A DNA stretch of 61,976 nucleotides, taken from NCBI RefSeq assembly GCF_001194135.2, contig NC_068982.1, forward strand, positions 84,765,693 to 84,827,668. Direction: 5' to 3'. Below the pieces are notes generated by a model that was given only the letters and a program-made list of their open reading frames with translations, was not told where the DNA came from and searched no databases. The stretch comes from Octopus bimaculoides (Eukaryota). The translations under genes were made by a program, and so were the position numbers. Shown piece after piece: positions 12,240 to 24,269 of the stretch; within the stretch, counting starts at the first letter, position 1, and each line of letters begins with the position of its first letter.

Positions 12240-14320
12240 TAGATACAAAGTGATCCGGACATCCAAATTTGCCAAGTAATTTCCATAGCAAAGCCCTATT
12301 CACAGTATCAAAGGCCTTGGTTAAATCAATGAATACCTGGACAAGATCCATATTCTGCTCATCGCACTTCTGCATCTATCTTGCTGTGGAAATCATATCC
12401 ATTGTCCCTCTACCAGATTGGAAGCCACATTGAGATTCAGATAGGACATCATTTACGAGATACCCATTCAGACGGGTAAGAAGAATATTTGCCAGAACCT
12501 TGCCAGCAGCTGATAATAGAGCAATACCTCTGTAGTTACCACACATTGTTCTCTCCAGACTACGCTAATAAGTTCATGAAGAGACTGTATGATGTAATCA
12601 CCACCAAATTGCAAGACCTCAGCACAAATTCCATCCTTTCCAGGTGCCCTACCAAGATACAATTTACTTATTGATGCCATTACCTCATCTATTGGGGGCA
12701 TAGAATTTAAGAATCCAATGATGGGTCTTTATTGCATAATATCAATCACTGTTTCATCCACAACTGACTCATGGTTTAGGACTTCAGAGAAGTGTTTAAA
12801 CCAGTGACTTGTGATTTCTGTTAATTTAGTAAACAGAGAAGAAGACTCCTTAGAAAGCAAAGGAGCTGATGCAGAGCTCTTAGGCCCATAAACTTGCTTC
12901 ATAAGATGGTAAAGCTTCTTGCTGTCATTTGCATCAGCAGCAGCCTAAACATCATGAGCAAGATCCTCCCACCAAGTGTTCTGTATCTTCCTGAGAGATT
13001 GCTGCAGTAGTGATTTTACACACAAGCCACATAGAGAACATTTTCCTTCATCAGCTACCCCCGTTTTAACACCGGCGTTTCGAAGAGCTGGGTAGGACGC
13101 ATCGTTAAGACGGCTCTTCCCATGGACCGCAAATTAAATTTGTATACACAAATTAAACCTTGCCATGGAGGAATGTAGTGGCGGACAAAAAAACTAGTCT
13201 ATGTGTCTGGCAATAGCATATCCTAGTGTTTCAACAGCACATTGAAGAACCTGATCTCCAAAATCTTCCCATACTGTAGTATTTTAAACGATGGACAAGC
13301 CAGTCTGAAGCTCTTTCCTCAACACAATATATCTTGTGGACATTCAGATGCCAAGGAATGCCAACTGGCTCTCTTCTCTCTTTCACTCTAATCATCATCT
13401 GGAACTCTGCTCACACCAGACGTGGTCTGTCCAGCATTCTGAGCTATAAAAAAACTTGGTGTTACAAATGTTATAGATGTCGCGCTTGCAGATGATGACA
13501 TAATCCAGCAAGTGCCAAACTTTAGACCTTGGGTGCATCCACATTGTTGTGCAATCACCTTTGTGCATAAAATGAGTGTTTGCAATGTAAAGTTCATGTT
13601 CATCGCAAAGCTCTAGCAGCATGAAACCATTGCTACTCATTTTCCCTATACCTAAACATCCTAGAGAGTTCCATGCCCACCTTTCAGGTGCAATCGTAGA
13701 GTCATTAGATGTTCATTTATAGGAACAGGAAGCTCCTCCAACTTCTTAAGGATATCAGATCAAACTGCAAAGCCAACACCAGCCTCTTTGTGCTCCTCCT
13801 TCAGCCTTCCCCACCTCCTACTTCCTCAAGCTGACCATCACCTTCTATACGAGTCTCTGAAAGTGCAGCTATATCAATGTTATAGCGGTTCAGCTAGCAA
13901 GCAACAAGTGCAGTGCGTCTTTCAGGCCTACAATCACTCTTGTTATCCAACAGAGTGCACACATTCCAACATGAAATCCAAATTTTGTAAAAAAAGTCTC
14001 TTTGTTTTTTGAGTGCAGGGCGGACATCTGTCAGTCATACTAAACTGACCAGATATAGAAAGACAGGCAATTTTTGGTTCACCTTTTCTAGAACCTCCCT
14101 GGCCTCCGGGTGAGCAGTGCCCTCTCCAAATGGAACTGTTCAAACATCCATGCAGCAACTGAATCCTATCACTGTCTTGGGTGACAAGGAGAAGACTTTA
14201 TATCTAGCATGGGCTGCCTACATACAGGTTGCTGACTACATGCATCCAACCCATCAGGTCTGCATGCTTCACCACCTTGCCATCACCACAGGACGTCCGA
14301 ATAAAAATAAAATATATACT
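12240..14320 (-). mobile_element. RTE-BovB-like LINE (APE endonuclease and N-terminal half of RT), decayed and interrupted
   Basis: ORF fragments LLELCDEHELYIANTHF..TTMWMHPRSKVWHLLDYVI..CWTDH; APGKDGICAEVLQFGG; QVFIDLTKAFDTVNRALLWKLLGKFGCP. Confidence 0.85.
13028..13215. repeat. Small structured dispersed repeat inserted in the LINE; second copy at 16903-16990
   Basis: 70 bp (13028-13097) is identical to 16903-16972 and contains several internal complementary segments. Confidence 0.75.
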
Positions 14321-14879
14321 AAAAATAAAGATACATATATAGTGAAAATAGAATAAATATAAAGCAGTTGTTTACTGTCAACTTAATGTGACAGACCCAT
14401 CAAGGGAATCATACTGCTACTATTTAGCCCTAGGAAGCTAGACTGCTTCCTGTTGGCCATGACATATTTCCAGTGTCCAATAAGGCTTGCACGACACCTC
14501 ATAGACCCTCTCCACTCTATTTACCTTACCTAGAAACAAGCCAGAGTGAGATGTCTGGTGCCAATATGAGATGCAGGCTCAGGGATGTAGGAGTGCCATG
14601 ATCTCTAGCACAAACTAAATATCCCCAAAATGTCCAATGCCATTCCCTGCATATCTGGTTTTATATTGGAGTGACCTTCTCCTAGAGACATGCTTCAACA
14701 GAAGCTGAGGGGTGCCTCACTCCCAGTGGCCTTCTAGCATGCCAGACACCATCCCAGAATTATTATTATTATTATTATTATTGTTATTATTAATATTATT
14801 ATTATTAGATAATAAATCGTATGGTTTACAACTGGTAGTTTACTGGCAAAGCACATTCACTTTCACAGTGTTTGTTGGT

Positions 14880-15624
14880 AGATGGAAGATACAAAAATGT
14901 TTATTGATCACTACAATTGTTTTGACCCATCTAACAGCCATCCCCCACAGGTGGGATACTGAACAACTGGTTTAAAAATATCCATCGATGTAGATGTGTC
15001 TCTTCAATGAGAAGATCATTAATGGGATTTCTGAAAGACTGTCAAGATATTTGCATGCTTATAAATGCACTTTCGCACAATACAGTGGGAATGAATTTGA
15101 GTAATCGTTAACCAAATTAATAACCATAATTTACCTTAATGTATGGATGAATTAACTGCAACCTCCCCATTCCTATAAACACAAAGTATATATTTAATTC
15201 ACTATGTGTGCCAAACCATGCGCGTACATATGCTTATATCTGTAAGTTTGTGTGAGTAAGTGTACATGCACCATACAACCCAAGTGAGGGTGTTTATACA
15301 TCCATATCTACTAACGGTTATATCTATTACTTTTTTTTGCTGTATTGTGAATTTGTTTCTTTTTGCATCTGATACTTATTACTTATCTTCTATAATAGGG
15401 AAGCTGTATCCCTTAATTTACTGCTTTTGTATACATACACCAAGAAGAAATCTTGTGGAATACACATTATTTTAATGAGATACAGCTTGTAATCACCTGA
15501 AAAGACACATCTACACCGATGGATACTCCTAAACCAGTTGTTCAGTATCCCACTCATGAGGGATTGATGCTAGATGGGTTGGAACAATTGTAGTGATCAA
15601 TAAATTTTCTCATATCTTCCATCT
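14880..15624. mobile_element. MITE-like element with ~127-bp terminal inverted arms
   Basis: 14880-15006 (AGATGGAAGATA..TTTATTGATCACTACAATTG..GTGGGATACTGAACAACTGGTTTA..GTAGATGTGTC) is inverted at 15498-15624. Confidence 0.75.
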
Positions 15625-15699
15625 CTCTCATTCATCGAATATATAAATATATATATATACACACACATACATGTATATCTATATCTATGTATATACATA

Positions 15700-15915
15700 T
15701 ATATCATCATCATCCTCGTCATTTAACATCCTTTCATATTGGCATAAGTCAAATGGTTTGACAGGAGCTGGCAGGTCAGAAGACTGTGCCAAACTCTATC
15801 TGCTTTGGCATGGTTTCTAAGACTGGATACCCTTCTTAAAGTCAACCACTTTACAAAGTGTACTGGGTGCTTATTACATGGTACCAATAGCAATGAGGTC
15901 ATCAAGTAACTTGCA
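15700..15915 (-). mobile_element. RTE-type 3' tail
   Basis: (CAT)n-CATTTAACATCC...GGATACCCTTCTTAAAGTCAACCAC next to a (TA)-rich tract. Confidence 0.6.
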
Positions 15916-15999
15916 GGAGATTTTTTTTGTTTTGCAATTCCTGTTTGCATTCACTTTCAATTCCTTCCCATCTACTGCATAACATGCCCATGACACAAT

Positions 16000-16380
16000 G
16001 TGAATTACATAAAAAAAAACAGACAAAACTAACCAGGCATGTAAACATGCATAAACAACAGATTAAAGATTCATCTCTTAGAAATATTCCATGTAGAATG
16101 CATGGCATCAAGACATTTGTGCACAAAGAAAATTTAAAATATTCCCCTTATACAAAATAAAAATTGAAAATGATCAACTACAAAAGGCAAAGGATGAATA
16201 CTTGAATACTTCATAAAAATTCTAAATCAGAAGCTAAACCAGAAATAGTTAACACCATTACAAAAAAACAATTTCCTTTGTATGCATTAGCCAGGAACAC
16301 GTGTTTTAAACACTGAAAAATGAAAGCACTTACACAAACTCCTTCAAGAAAGGTTAGTGACATTGTGTAAAATAAGAAAT
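16000..16380 (+). pseudogene. PLE GIY-YIG endonuclease C-terminal remnant (Neptune-like)
   Basis: HKQQIKDSSLRNIPC..DICAQRKFKIFPLYK...KAK.EYFIKILNQKLNQK; homologous to 28541-28870. Confidence 0.6.
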
Positions 16381-16469
16381 ACAAATTTTTTTTTTAAATC
16401 TTTCTATAGTTATTGTAACTGTATCAAGTAATTTCTACAAAAGCTTCTGAATATACATCTTTTATCTTT

Positions 16470-16680
16470 TGCTTGTTTCAGTCATTTGACTGCAGCCATG
16501 CTGCGGTACCACCTTGAAAACTAACCCCAGGGCATTTTTTTAAAAGCTTAGTACTTATTCTATCGGTCTCTTTTGCTGAACCACTAAGTTATGGGGACAC
16601 AAACACACTAACACTGGTTGTCAAGCAGTGGTGGTGTGTGTGCGGGGGAAAAACACAGACACAAAGACATACACACATAC
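16470..16680 (+). mobile_element. SINE; related copies at 50415-50625, 56680-56900 and 55395-55460 (-)
   Basis: TTGTTTCAGTCATTTGACTG..GCCAT.CTG...CCGCC..TAGTACTTATTCTATC.GTCTCTTTTGC.GA..C.CTAAGTTA.GGGGA..TAAACAC. Confidence 0.65.
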
Positions 16681-16743
16681 ATACATATATATGTGTGTAT
16701 GTGATATGTACATGTATATATGTGTGTATGTATGTATGTATGT

Positions 16744-16779
<36 letters not shown>

Positions 16780-16989
16780 GAACAAATAGTAAATGAGTAT
16801 ATGCATATATACGTACAGGTATGTGCATACCGACATCCACCTGTATGTATAGGTGCATATCTGGGTACAGGACATTGCAAACAAAACGTAGGCAAGAAAA
16901 CACACATAGAGAACATTTTCCTTCATCAGCTACCCCCGTTTTAACACCGGCGTTTCGAAGAGCTGGGTAGGATGCATTGTTAAAACGGC

Positions 16990-17600
16990 AATACCAGGCT
17001 CCAATCTAATTTGGCAGAGTTTCTACAGCTGGATGCCCTTCCTAACGCCAACCACTCAGAGAGTGTAGTGGGTGCTTTTACGTGTCACCCGCACGAAAAC
17101 NNNNNNNNNNNNNNNNNNNNNNNNNNNNNNNNNNNNNNNNNNNNNNNNNNNNNNNNNNNNNNNNNNNNNNNNNNNNNNNNNNNNNNNNNNNNNNNNNNNN
17201 NNNNNNNNNNNNNNNNNNNNNNNNNNNNNNNNNNNNNNNNNNNNNGCCAGTCAGGCGGTACTGGCAACGGCCACGCTCAAAATGGTGCATCTCATGTGCC
17301 ACCCGCACAAGAGCCAGTCCAGGGGCACTGGCAACGATCTTACTTGGCTTGCCGGGTCTTCTCACGCACAGCACATTTCCAAAGGTCTCGGTCAGTAGTC
17401 ATCGCCTCGGTGAGGCCCAATGTACGAAGGTCTTGCCTCACCACCTCAGCCCAGGTCTTCCTGGGCCTACCTCTTCCACGGGTTCCCTCAACTGTTAGGG
17501 TGTGGCACTTTTTCACGCAGCTATCCTCATCCATTCTCACCACATGTCCATACCAGCGCAATCGTCTCTCTTGCACACCACAACTGATGCTTCTAATGTT
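16990..17600 (-). mobile_element. RTE LINE 3' end (RT C-terminus and UTR)
   Basis: RRLRWYGHVVRMDEDSCVKKCHTLTVEGTRGRGRPRKTW..RDLWK, followed by the shared RTE UTR. Confidence 0.9.
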
Positions 17601-18877
17601 CAGCTTTGTAAGCAGAATAATGTCTTTGCCTCTCACCAACCTCCAACAACCTCTCTCACCAACCATTGACAATCTTTCTCGCCAACCTCCGAAAGCCTCT
17701 CTCACCACCCTCCAACAATCTCTCCCTCCTCCAGCTGACAGCTTTTTGTACTTTTCTGTAATGGAAAATACACCTTTTCTGGCAGTTATATTGAAATTGC
17801 TTTCTTATATCAGAGTAATAAGGCGTTTCAATAGGACATCTTTACCCCCGGGAATTAACGGTCGTTTGTACTGTTCTATGTATTTTTGCCCTGATTCCTA
17901 ATATCTTATTTAGTGCTCAAATTCATTTTCAGTTGTCCATAACAATGTCGCCAAAATTCACTCATAAGTTTTTTAGTTTTAATTTTCTCACATAGACACC
18001 TTTCTCTATAATTCTGTCTTAGATTTAGCTGGCCGAAAACCCTTATTTCTCAATTCTATTTCTACCATTCAATATTTACTGTGTCTATGCGATAGAAATT
18101 CCCAGAAATATCTCTCTATCTCTCTCGTGCTCTGGCCTAACCCCCTATGCTTTACTCTGTCTCTTTTGATATCTGCGTTACTCTGTCTCTATCAATCCCA
18201 CTCCCTCACTCTCTATCTCTCTTCTCCTCTCTCTTTCAATTGACCCCTTGCATCGCCAGGTCTATAATACTAGCGCACACACCCCAATTCCCACACTCGA
18301 CCTAAATACCTTTGCAGCAATGGCCTTGGTGCAGCCGNNNNNNNNNNNNNNNNNNNNNNNNNNNNNNNNNNNNNNNNNNNNNNNNNNNNNNNNNNNNNNN
18401 NNNNNNNNNNNNNNNNNNNNNNNNNNNNNNNNNNNNNNNNNNNNNNNNNNNNNNNNNNNNNNNNNNNNNNNNNNNNNNNNNNNNNNNNNNNNNNNNNNNN
18501 NNNNNNNNNNNNNNNNNNNNNNNNNNNNNNNNNNNNNNNNNNNNNNNNNNNNNNNNNNNNNNNNNNNNNNNNNNNNNNNNNNNNNNNNNNNNNNNNNNNN
18601 NNNNNNNNNNNNNNNNNNNNNNNNNNNNNNNNNNNNNNNNNNNNNNNNNNNNNNNNNNNNNNNNNNNNNNNNNNNNNNNNNNNNNNNNNNNNNNNNNNNN
18701 NNNNNNNNNNNNNNNNNNNNNNNNNNNNNNNNNNNNNNNNNNNNNNNNNNNNNNNNNNNNNNNNNNNNNNNNNNNNNNNNNNNNNNNNNNNNNNNNNNNN
18801 NNNNNNNNNNNNNNNNNNNNNNNNNNNNNNNNNNNNNNNNNNNNNNNNNNNNNNNNNNNNNNNNNNNNNNNNNNNNN

Positions 18878-20692
18878 AAGAACACAGGTACAAGATTTTC
18901 TGGGCAGGGAACACAGACGGGGTTGGGGGCGTGGGCATACTTCTTGCAGAGAAATGGGTGGATAAGGTAATTGAGGTAGTTAGAGTATCCGATAGAATAC
19001 TTAAGATTAGATTAGTCCATGGGTTAGCAACCATTATCTGGGCCTATGCCCCTAAGCCCGGGCTACCTGACGGACAGAAAGACCAATTTTATAACACCCT
19101 CCTGCAGACTACCTCATCGACAAATGACAGGGACCTTCTCTTTGTAGCTGGTGACTTCAATGGTTTTGGTTCCCGCAACGAGGAGGGAACCAGGCTGCTG
19201 GAGTTCTGTGATTCAAATGACCTTATGGTCTGCAATACTAACTTCAGGAAACCTGCCAATCACCTAGTCACTTACAGATCTGGCAGACACACTAGCCAAA
19301 TTGACTACCTCCTCGCCAAGAAAAGGGAAAGATGGCTGCTTATAAATGTCAAAACCTTCCCAGGCGAAGAATGTACCCCACAACATAGACTAGTAGTTAG
19401 TGACTTCAGGATCAGGGCTAAGCGGTTGCCCAGAAGACGACCAACTTGGAGGAGTAGGGTCTGGAAGCTCAAAGATCCTGCGAATGGACAGAGATTTAGA
19501 GACGTGTTACTCGAAGCCTTTGACGAAATAGAGGGGGATGTAGCTTCACACAATGTAGAAGACAACTGGATGTTTCTACAGGACAACCTGCTGAGGGCCA
19601 CTGACCAGATCTGTGGATGGTGCAAAGTCTCCTCTCAACTGAAAATAATGTGGTGGTGGAACAATGTTGTTGACAGGGCTATTAGACAAAAGAAACAGGC
19701 TTGGAAGGACTGGAAAAACGGTGGTAGCAGGGAATTGTATCAGACTGCCAGAAGGGAAGCTAGGCAACAGGTTTATTTAGCCAGAGGGGAAGCAGATAAG
19801 AAATAATTTGCCAATGTTCTGCGCCGTGAGGACCAAAGACTTGAGGTATTTTGTGTTGCAAGACAGTGTGTGAGAGAGAATCGTGATGTCGTAGGAGATA
19901 AATTGCACTGGTATGGTCATGTGGCAAGAATGGATGAGGATAGCTGTGTGAAAAAGTGCCACACCCTAGCAGTTGAGGGAACCTGTGGAAGAGGTAGGCC
20001 CAGGAAGACCTGGGATGAGGTGGTGATGCACGACCTTCGAACATTGGGCCTCATTGAGGCAATAACTTCTGACCAAGACCTTTGGAAATATTCTGTGCGT
20101 GAGAAGACCCGGCAAGCCAAGTGAGACTTAAATCCAAGGCCTCTGCCAGGGGTGTAGCTAGCCCACTTATGCGTACCTTTCCTTCATTGGACACTAAACT
20201 CCGCTTGCAAAGACCTGTTAAGGCAAGTGAAATTGAAATCGAGCTAAATTCGACGACTGGCACCCATGCCAACGTCGTCTCCTTCATTGGACATGAAACT
20301 TGGTTTGCGAAGACCTGTTGGGGCAAGCGAAAGTGAAATCATGATGGCACCTGTGCCCAGCGTCGCTTTCCTGGCACTTGTGCCGGTGGCACGTGTGAGA
20401 CATTCGAGCGAGATCGTTGCCAGTTCTGCTGGACTGGCTCCTGTGCAGGTAGCACATAAAATGCACCATTTTGAGCGTGTCTGTTGCCAGTACTGCCTGA
20501 CAGGCCTTCGTGCCGGAGGCACGTAAAAGCACCCACTACACTCTCGGAGTGGTTGGCATTAGGAAGGGCATCCAGCTGTAGAAACTGTGCCAAATCAGAT
20601 TGAAGCCTGGTGTAGCCCTCTGGTTCACCAGTCCTCATTCAAATGGTGTAACCCATGCTAGCATGGAAAGCGTACGTTAAACGATGATGATA
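18878..20692 (+). mobile_element. RTE LINE with internal deletion of most of RT
   Basis: Endonuclease motifs IFWAG..GVGILL, VAGDFNG, FGSRNEEGTRLLEF, TSQIDY and QHRLV, joined directly to LHWYGHVARM..GRPRKTW and the complete (GAT)n UTR. Confidence 0.9.
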
Positions 20693-20744
20693 TATACACA
20701 CATACATACACACACATATACATATGCACACACATATATATATA

Positions 20745-20910
20745 TATGCCCTGGGTATGACCCTAAACTGCATCCAGTGGCAAGGTTCTAGTTCAGGAGT
20801 CTAGAAGCTGTGGGGGATGTAGAGTTACCCATTAGTTGTCATCACTTCCAGGTCTGCTCTAGCCCGGAGTAGTAGTACCTATTAGGGTCCCATTTATGGC
20901 TTAAATAATT
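20745..20910 (+). mobile_element. SINE-like tail; second copy at ~43270-43395
   Basis: Shared TTAC..CCAGGT..ACTCTGA.CC.GAG..GTAGTACCT.T.AGGGTCCCAT.TAT.G. Confidence 0.5.
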
Positions 20911-20929
20911 ACCTTACTTGAGTGGTACC

Positions 20930-21245
20930 AGTAGAGTATTATTAGCCATTGAAAAGAACCATGGAGAGTGTACTTAACAGCACTAGGGTTAGATCCCCTA
21001 ACTACACTGTCAAGGAGCAGCCTGGTCATTATGACTCTACTGGATTAGAGCCACAGGGAGGGTCAGTTGTCTCTGAGACAAATATAAAGAACACATTTTT
21101 GTCCTGCAGAAGAGCCACAAAAATTGGCACTCTGAATGTGAGGATTGTTCAGATGCTGGTGAAGAGAGAGGAGTTGGGTCATCTGTTTAAGGAGAGTGGT
21201 ATGCAGAAACTTGTTATCTAAGAACACAGGATCCTACACAATGAG
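20930..21245 (+). pseudogene. LINE (RTE/RTEX-type) 5' region and start of APE endonuclease, truncated by the Helitron
   Basis: TKIGTLNVR..KREEL..KLVI*EHRILH matches the APE N-terminal motifs (T.NVR; QE.R). Confidence 0.65.
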
Positions 21246-21249
21246 CCCA

Positions 21250-22570
21250 TGTCTGACCCCAAGGCATAAAGCTGCATCCTTGAAATGAAAACATTTTCAC
21301 CCCTCCCGTACCCTGTAACAATGGTGACCTCAATTAAGTGGGGCGTCAGGGACTTGATTACTAAGCAGGTCGCGTTGCACTGTTTAGGCAGAAGCAAGTT
21401 TCTGATTAGCATAACTGGGCATCTAACCCTTAGCCTAAGAATGTGAGGTGGAAGCCCTGATGGCTCCAATGAGTTGAGAAACTTGATAGGGTAATTGACA
21501 ATGTCTTGGGACTCAGAGGTCCAGTCAATTGATTTGTAGATGTGCTCCTCACACAGAATTCCGCTTATGAACTGTTCGCTGATAGCACTGACAGCTACTT
21601 TTATGGGGGCCAGGATGGTTATTTCACTGAGCCAATTGATGCCTGCATAGTTACTTTCCAGACTGGGGAACACTGTTTCCAAAAGAAGGGTTGTCCACGG
21701 CGTTGCACAGTTCAGAGATGGATATGTCATCACTATCATTCCTAGGGACTTTGCCTTCTCCAAGGGCTAAAATGTCTTTAGTAAATGATGCAGACATGCT
21801 ATCACCAAGCAAGTGCATATGCATGTTTGTTCTTAGGCTTAAGGTCTTAACCTGGGGCCACAACATGGATGACTTAAAGCATGCACGTACTTCATCAGCC
21901 CAGCTCCCTTTAGGGATGACAGGAAGGGTTTGCCAGAAATCTGAAAATAGAGTTACATCACCCATAGAAGCTGTAGAATCCCTGATACCTTTCAGTGACT
22001 GGTCCAGTGCCTCAAGGGCACCCTTATTAGTCATTGTGCATTTGTCCCATACAATGAGACAGCACTGTCTAAGAACATCAGCTTCCTCTGAATTTTTGCC
22101 AATGTTGCAAGCAGGAACCTCGGCCCTCACCAAATCTAAAGGCAGTAAGCTGTCCTACCTCCCGGCAATAATGTAGCAGCGATTCCTGAGAAAGCAACAG
22201 CTAGCGCATTTTGTTTCTCACAATGAATCTTAGCAAGTATTAATTGTGTTACAAACGAATTTGCCGGTACCTCCAGGAGCATCAAGGAAAAAAATACCGC
22301 CTGCCTATTTTTCAATGGCACTGACGATAGTTTCGTACACCAGCCTCTGATCAGGGAGCAATTTCAGTTCATTTACTCTCAGGTACTCTTCAAGGTCATC
22401 AGTGTCATATGACAACTCCAGAAGTAACTTTGGTGGGAGTGTGTTAACGTCCTGTCGCAATGAGGATGGCAAACCGAATGTATTCAACGCCGCCCCACCC
22501 ATTTTGAGCAGGGCATCCTCGATTTCAATCAGCGCTTTATTGTAGATCAGGTCATTGTATCCAATGTCAG
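21250..22570 (-). pseudogene. Helitron RepHel Pif1-helicase domain, frameshifted
   Basis: AVAFSGIAATLLPGGRTAY; LIVWDKCTM; FSDFWQTLPVIPKG; LSLRTNM; YPIKFLNSLEPSGLPPHILRLRVRCPVMLIRNL; TGYGRGENVFI. Confidence 0.9.
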
Positions 22571-23700
22571 CATTAGGGCACTGTTGCTTTGCCAGTCATC
22601 ATTTGCCTTGACCACCGAGAAAGCAAAATTACATACAGAGAATTTCATAATNNNNNNNNNNNNNNNNNNNNNNNNNNNNNNNNNNNNNNNNNNNNNNNNN
22701 NNNGTCATATGACAACTCCAGAAGTAACTTTGGTGGGAGTGTGTTAACGTCCTGTCGCAATGAGGATGGCAAACCGAATGTATTCAACGCCGCCCCACCC
22801 ATTTTGAGCAGGGCATCCTCGATTTCAATCAGCGCTTTATTGTAGATCAGGTCATTGTATCCAATGTCAGCATTAGGGCACTGTTGCTTTGCCAGTCATC
22901 ATTTGCCTTGACCACCGAGAAAGCAAAATTACATACAGAGAATTTCATAATCAGAAATGAATGGAAAAAAGGTTGATAAATTTTTAGATTAACACTTGCA
23001 CGATTTTCACTAAGAAAAAAAATCAGATTTTTTGCATGGAATCAACTACCCTGGCCTCCTAATATGCTACAAAACCCCTTTAGTGGTTCAAAAAACAGGA
23101 TGTGATGTGGTGGAAGCCTCAGAAATTTCACCCCTCGCACCCATTGATCTTTTCACCATCTTTGCCAGTCATCATTTGCCTTGACCACCGAGAAAGCAAA
23201 ATTACATACAGNNNNNNNNNNNNNNNNNNNNNNNNNNNNNNNNNNNNNNNNNNNNNNNNNNNNNNNNNNNNNNNNNNNNNNNNNNNNNNNNNNNNNNNNN
23301 NNNNNNNNNNNNNNNNNNNNNNNNNNNNNNNNNNNNNNNNNNNNNNNNNNNNNNNNNNNNNNNNNNNNNNNNNNNNNNNNNNNNNNNNNNNNNNNNNNNN
23401 NNNNNNNNNNNNNNNNNNNNNNNNNNNNNNNNNNNNNNNNNNNNNNNNNNAGATGAATGATTTAAAATAAATAAATGATTTAAAATAAACATATTTTAAT
23501 TGTTGTGTGAGAAAGTATATATAATCTGATTATAAAATATAGTGGCTTTCAAAAACACCCTAAATTTGAAGACTATATCTCATGTTTAAGAAAAATAAAA
23601 CATTTTACATTTTTATTTTTGGTGAATGCTGTCACTTACTCTCTCTCCCTCACACACGCATACATCAACCCACAACTTTTCTCTCTCCCTCACATGCACG

Positions 23701-23741
<41 letters not shown>

Positions 23742-23989
23742 TTTCACTTCGCTATGGCAAGAAGGGACTTAACTCATGTTAGCAAACTTCAAAATTGGTA
23801 AAAGTTATGGCTGAAAATCGATTTTTACTGCTATCCATAGGTGCCTTGGGAAAAATAATTTGACAAAAATACAGCTAGGGTCATGACAAATATCCTCCTA
23901 AAATTGCAGTGACATGTGTGCTAATTTGTGGATGTGCATAAATTACATTCACGTACACACACACATCCTGCCCTTTATAGATATACAGA
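21250..23989 (-). mobile_element. Probable internally deleted Helitron with 5' A|TC terminus and ~273-bp internal repeat
   Basis: Minus strand begins A|TCTGTATAT at 23989. The unit TTTGCCAGTCATCATTTGCC... recurs at 22888 and 23161 and abuts the helicase remnant. Confidence 0.5.
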
Positions 23990-24154
23990 TGTTATAAATT
24001 AGAATAAACAGTAAAAGGTTATTATTATAGTACTTGGAGTTTCGAATGCTGGAGCAAAGAGCCCTTGCCAGTCATTCCACCAATTCCTCCAACCCCAGCA
24101 TCCCCATTAAGTCCTCAGTCCTCTTCTTATCAAACAGTTTCACTCCACACATTT

Positions 24155-24185
<31 letters not shown>

Positions 24186-24269
24186 ATATCTGTCTATATA
24201 AATTTATATATATACATATATACATTGATACATACATATCTATATATTACAATAAATAACTGAGTGAAC

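Noticed and set aside
13050-13125. Twister or HDV-like ribozyme assignment for the structured repeat
   Set aside because: The P1-UAA start resembles twister, but the P2/GA/T1 3' elements are missing; the HDV P3 and catalytic J4/2 cannot be placed. It is kept only as an unassigned structured repeat.
20125-20560. Regularly spaced TGCC(A/G)GTGGCAC-type units resembling a CRISPR array
   Set aside because: These are internal repeats of the RTE 3' UTR, present in many copies of a eukaryotic LINE, with no unique spacers or cas genes.
22404-22951. Exact 248-bp direct duplication on either side of a 52-N gap (offset 300)
   Set aside because: Perfect identity ending at gap edges is the signature of an unmerged contig overlap.
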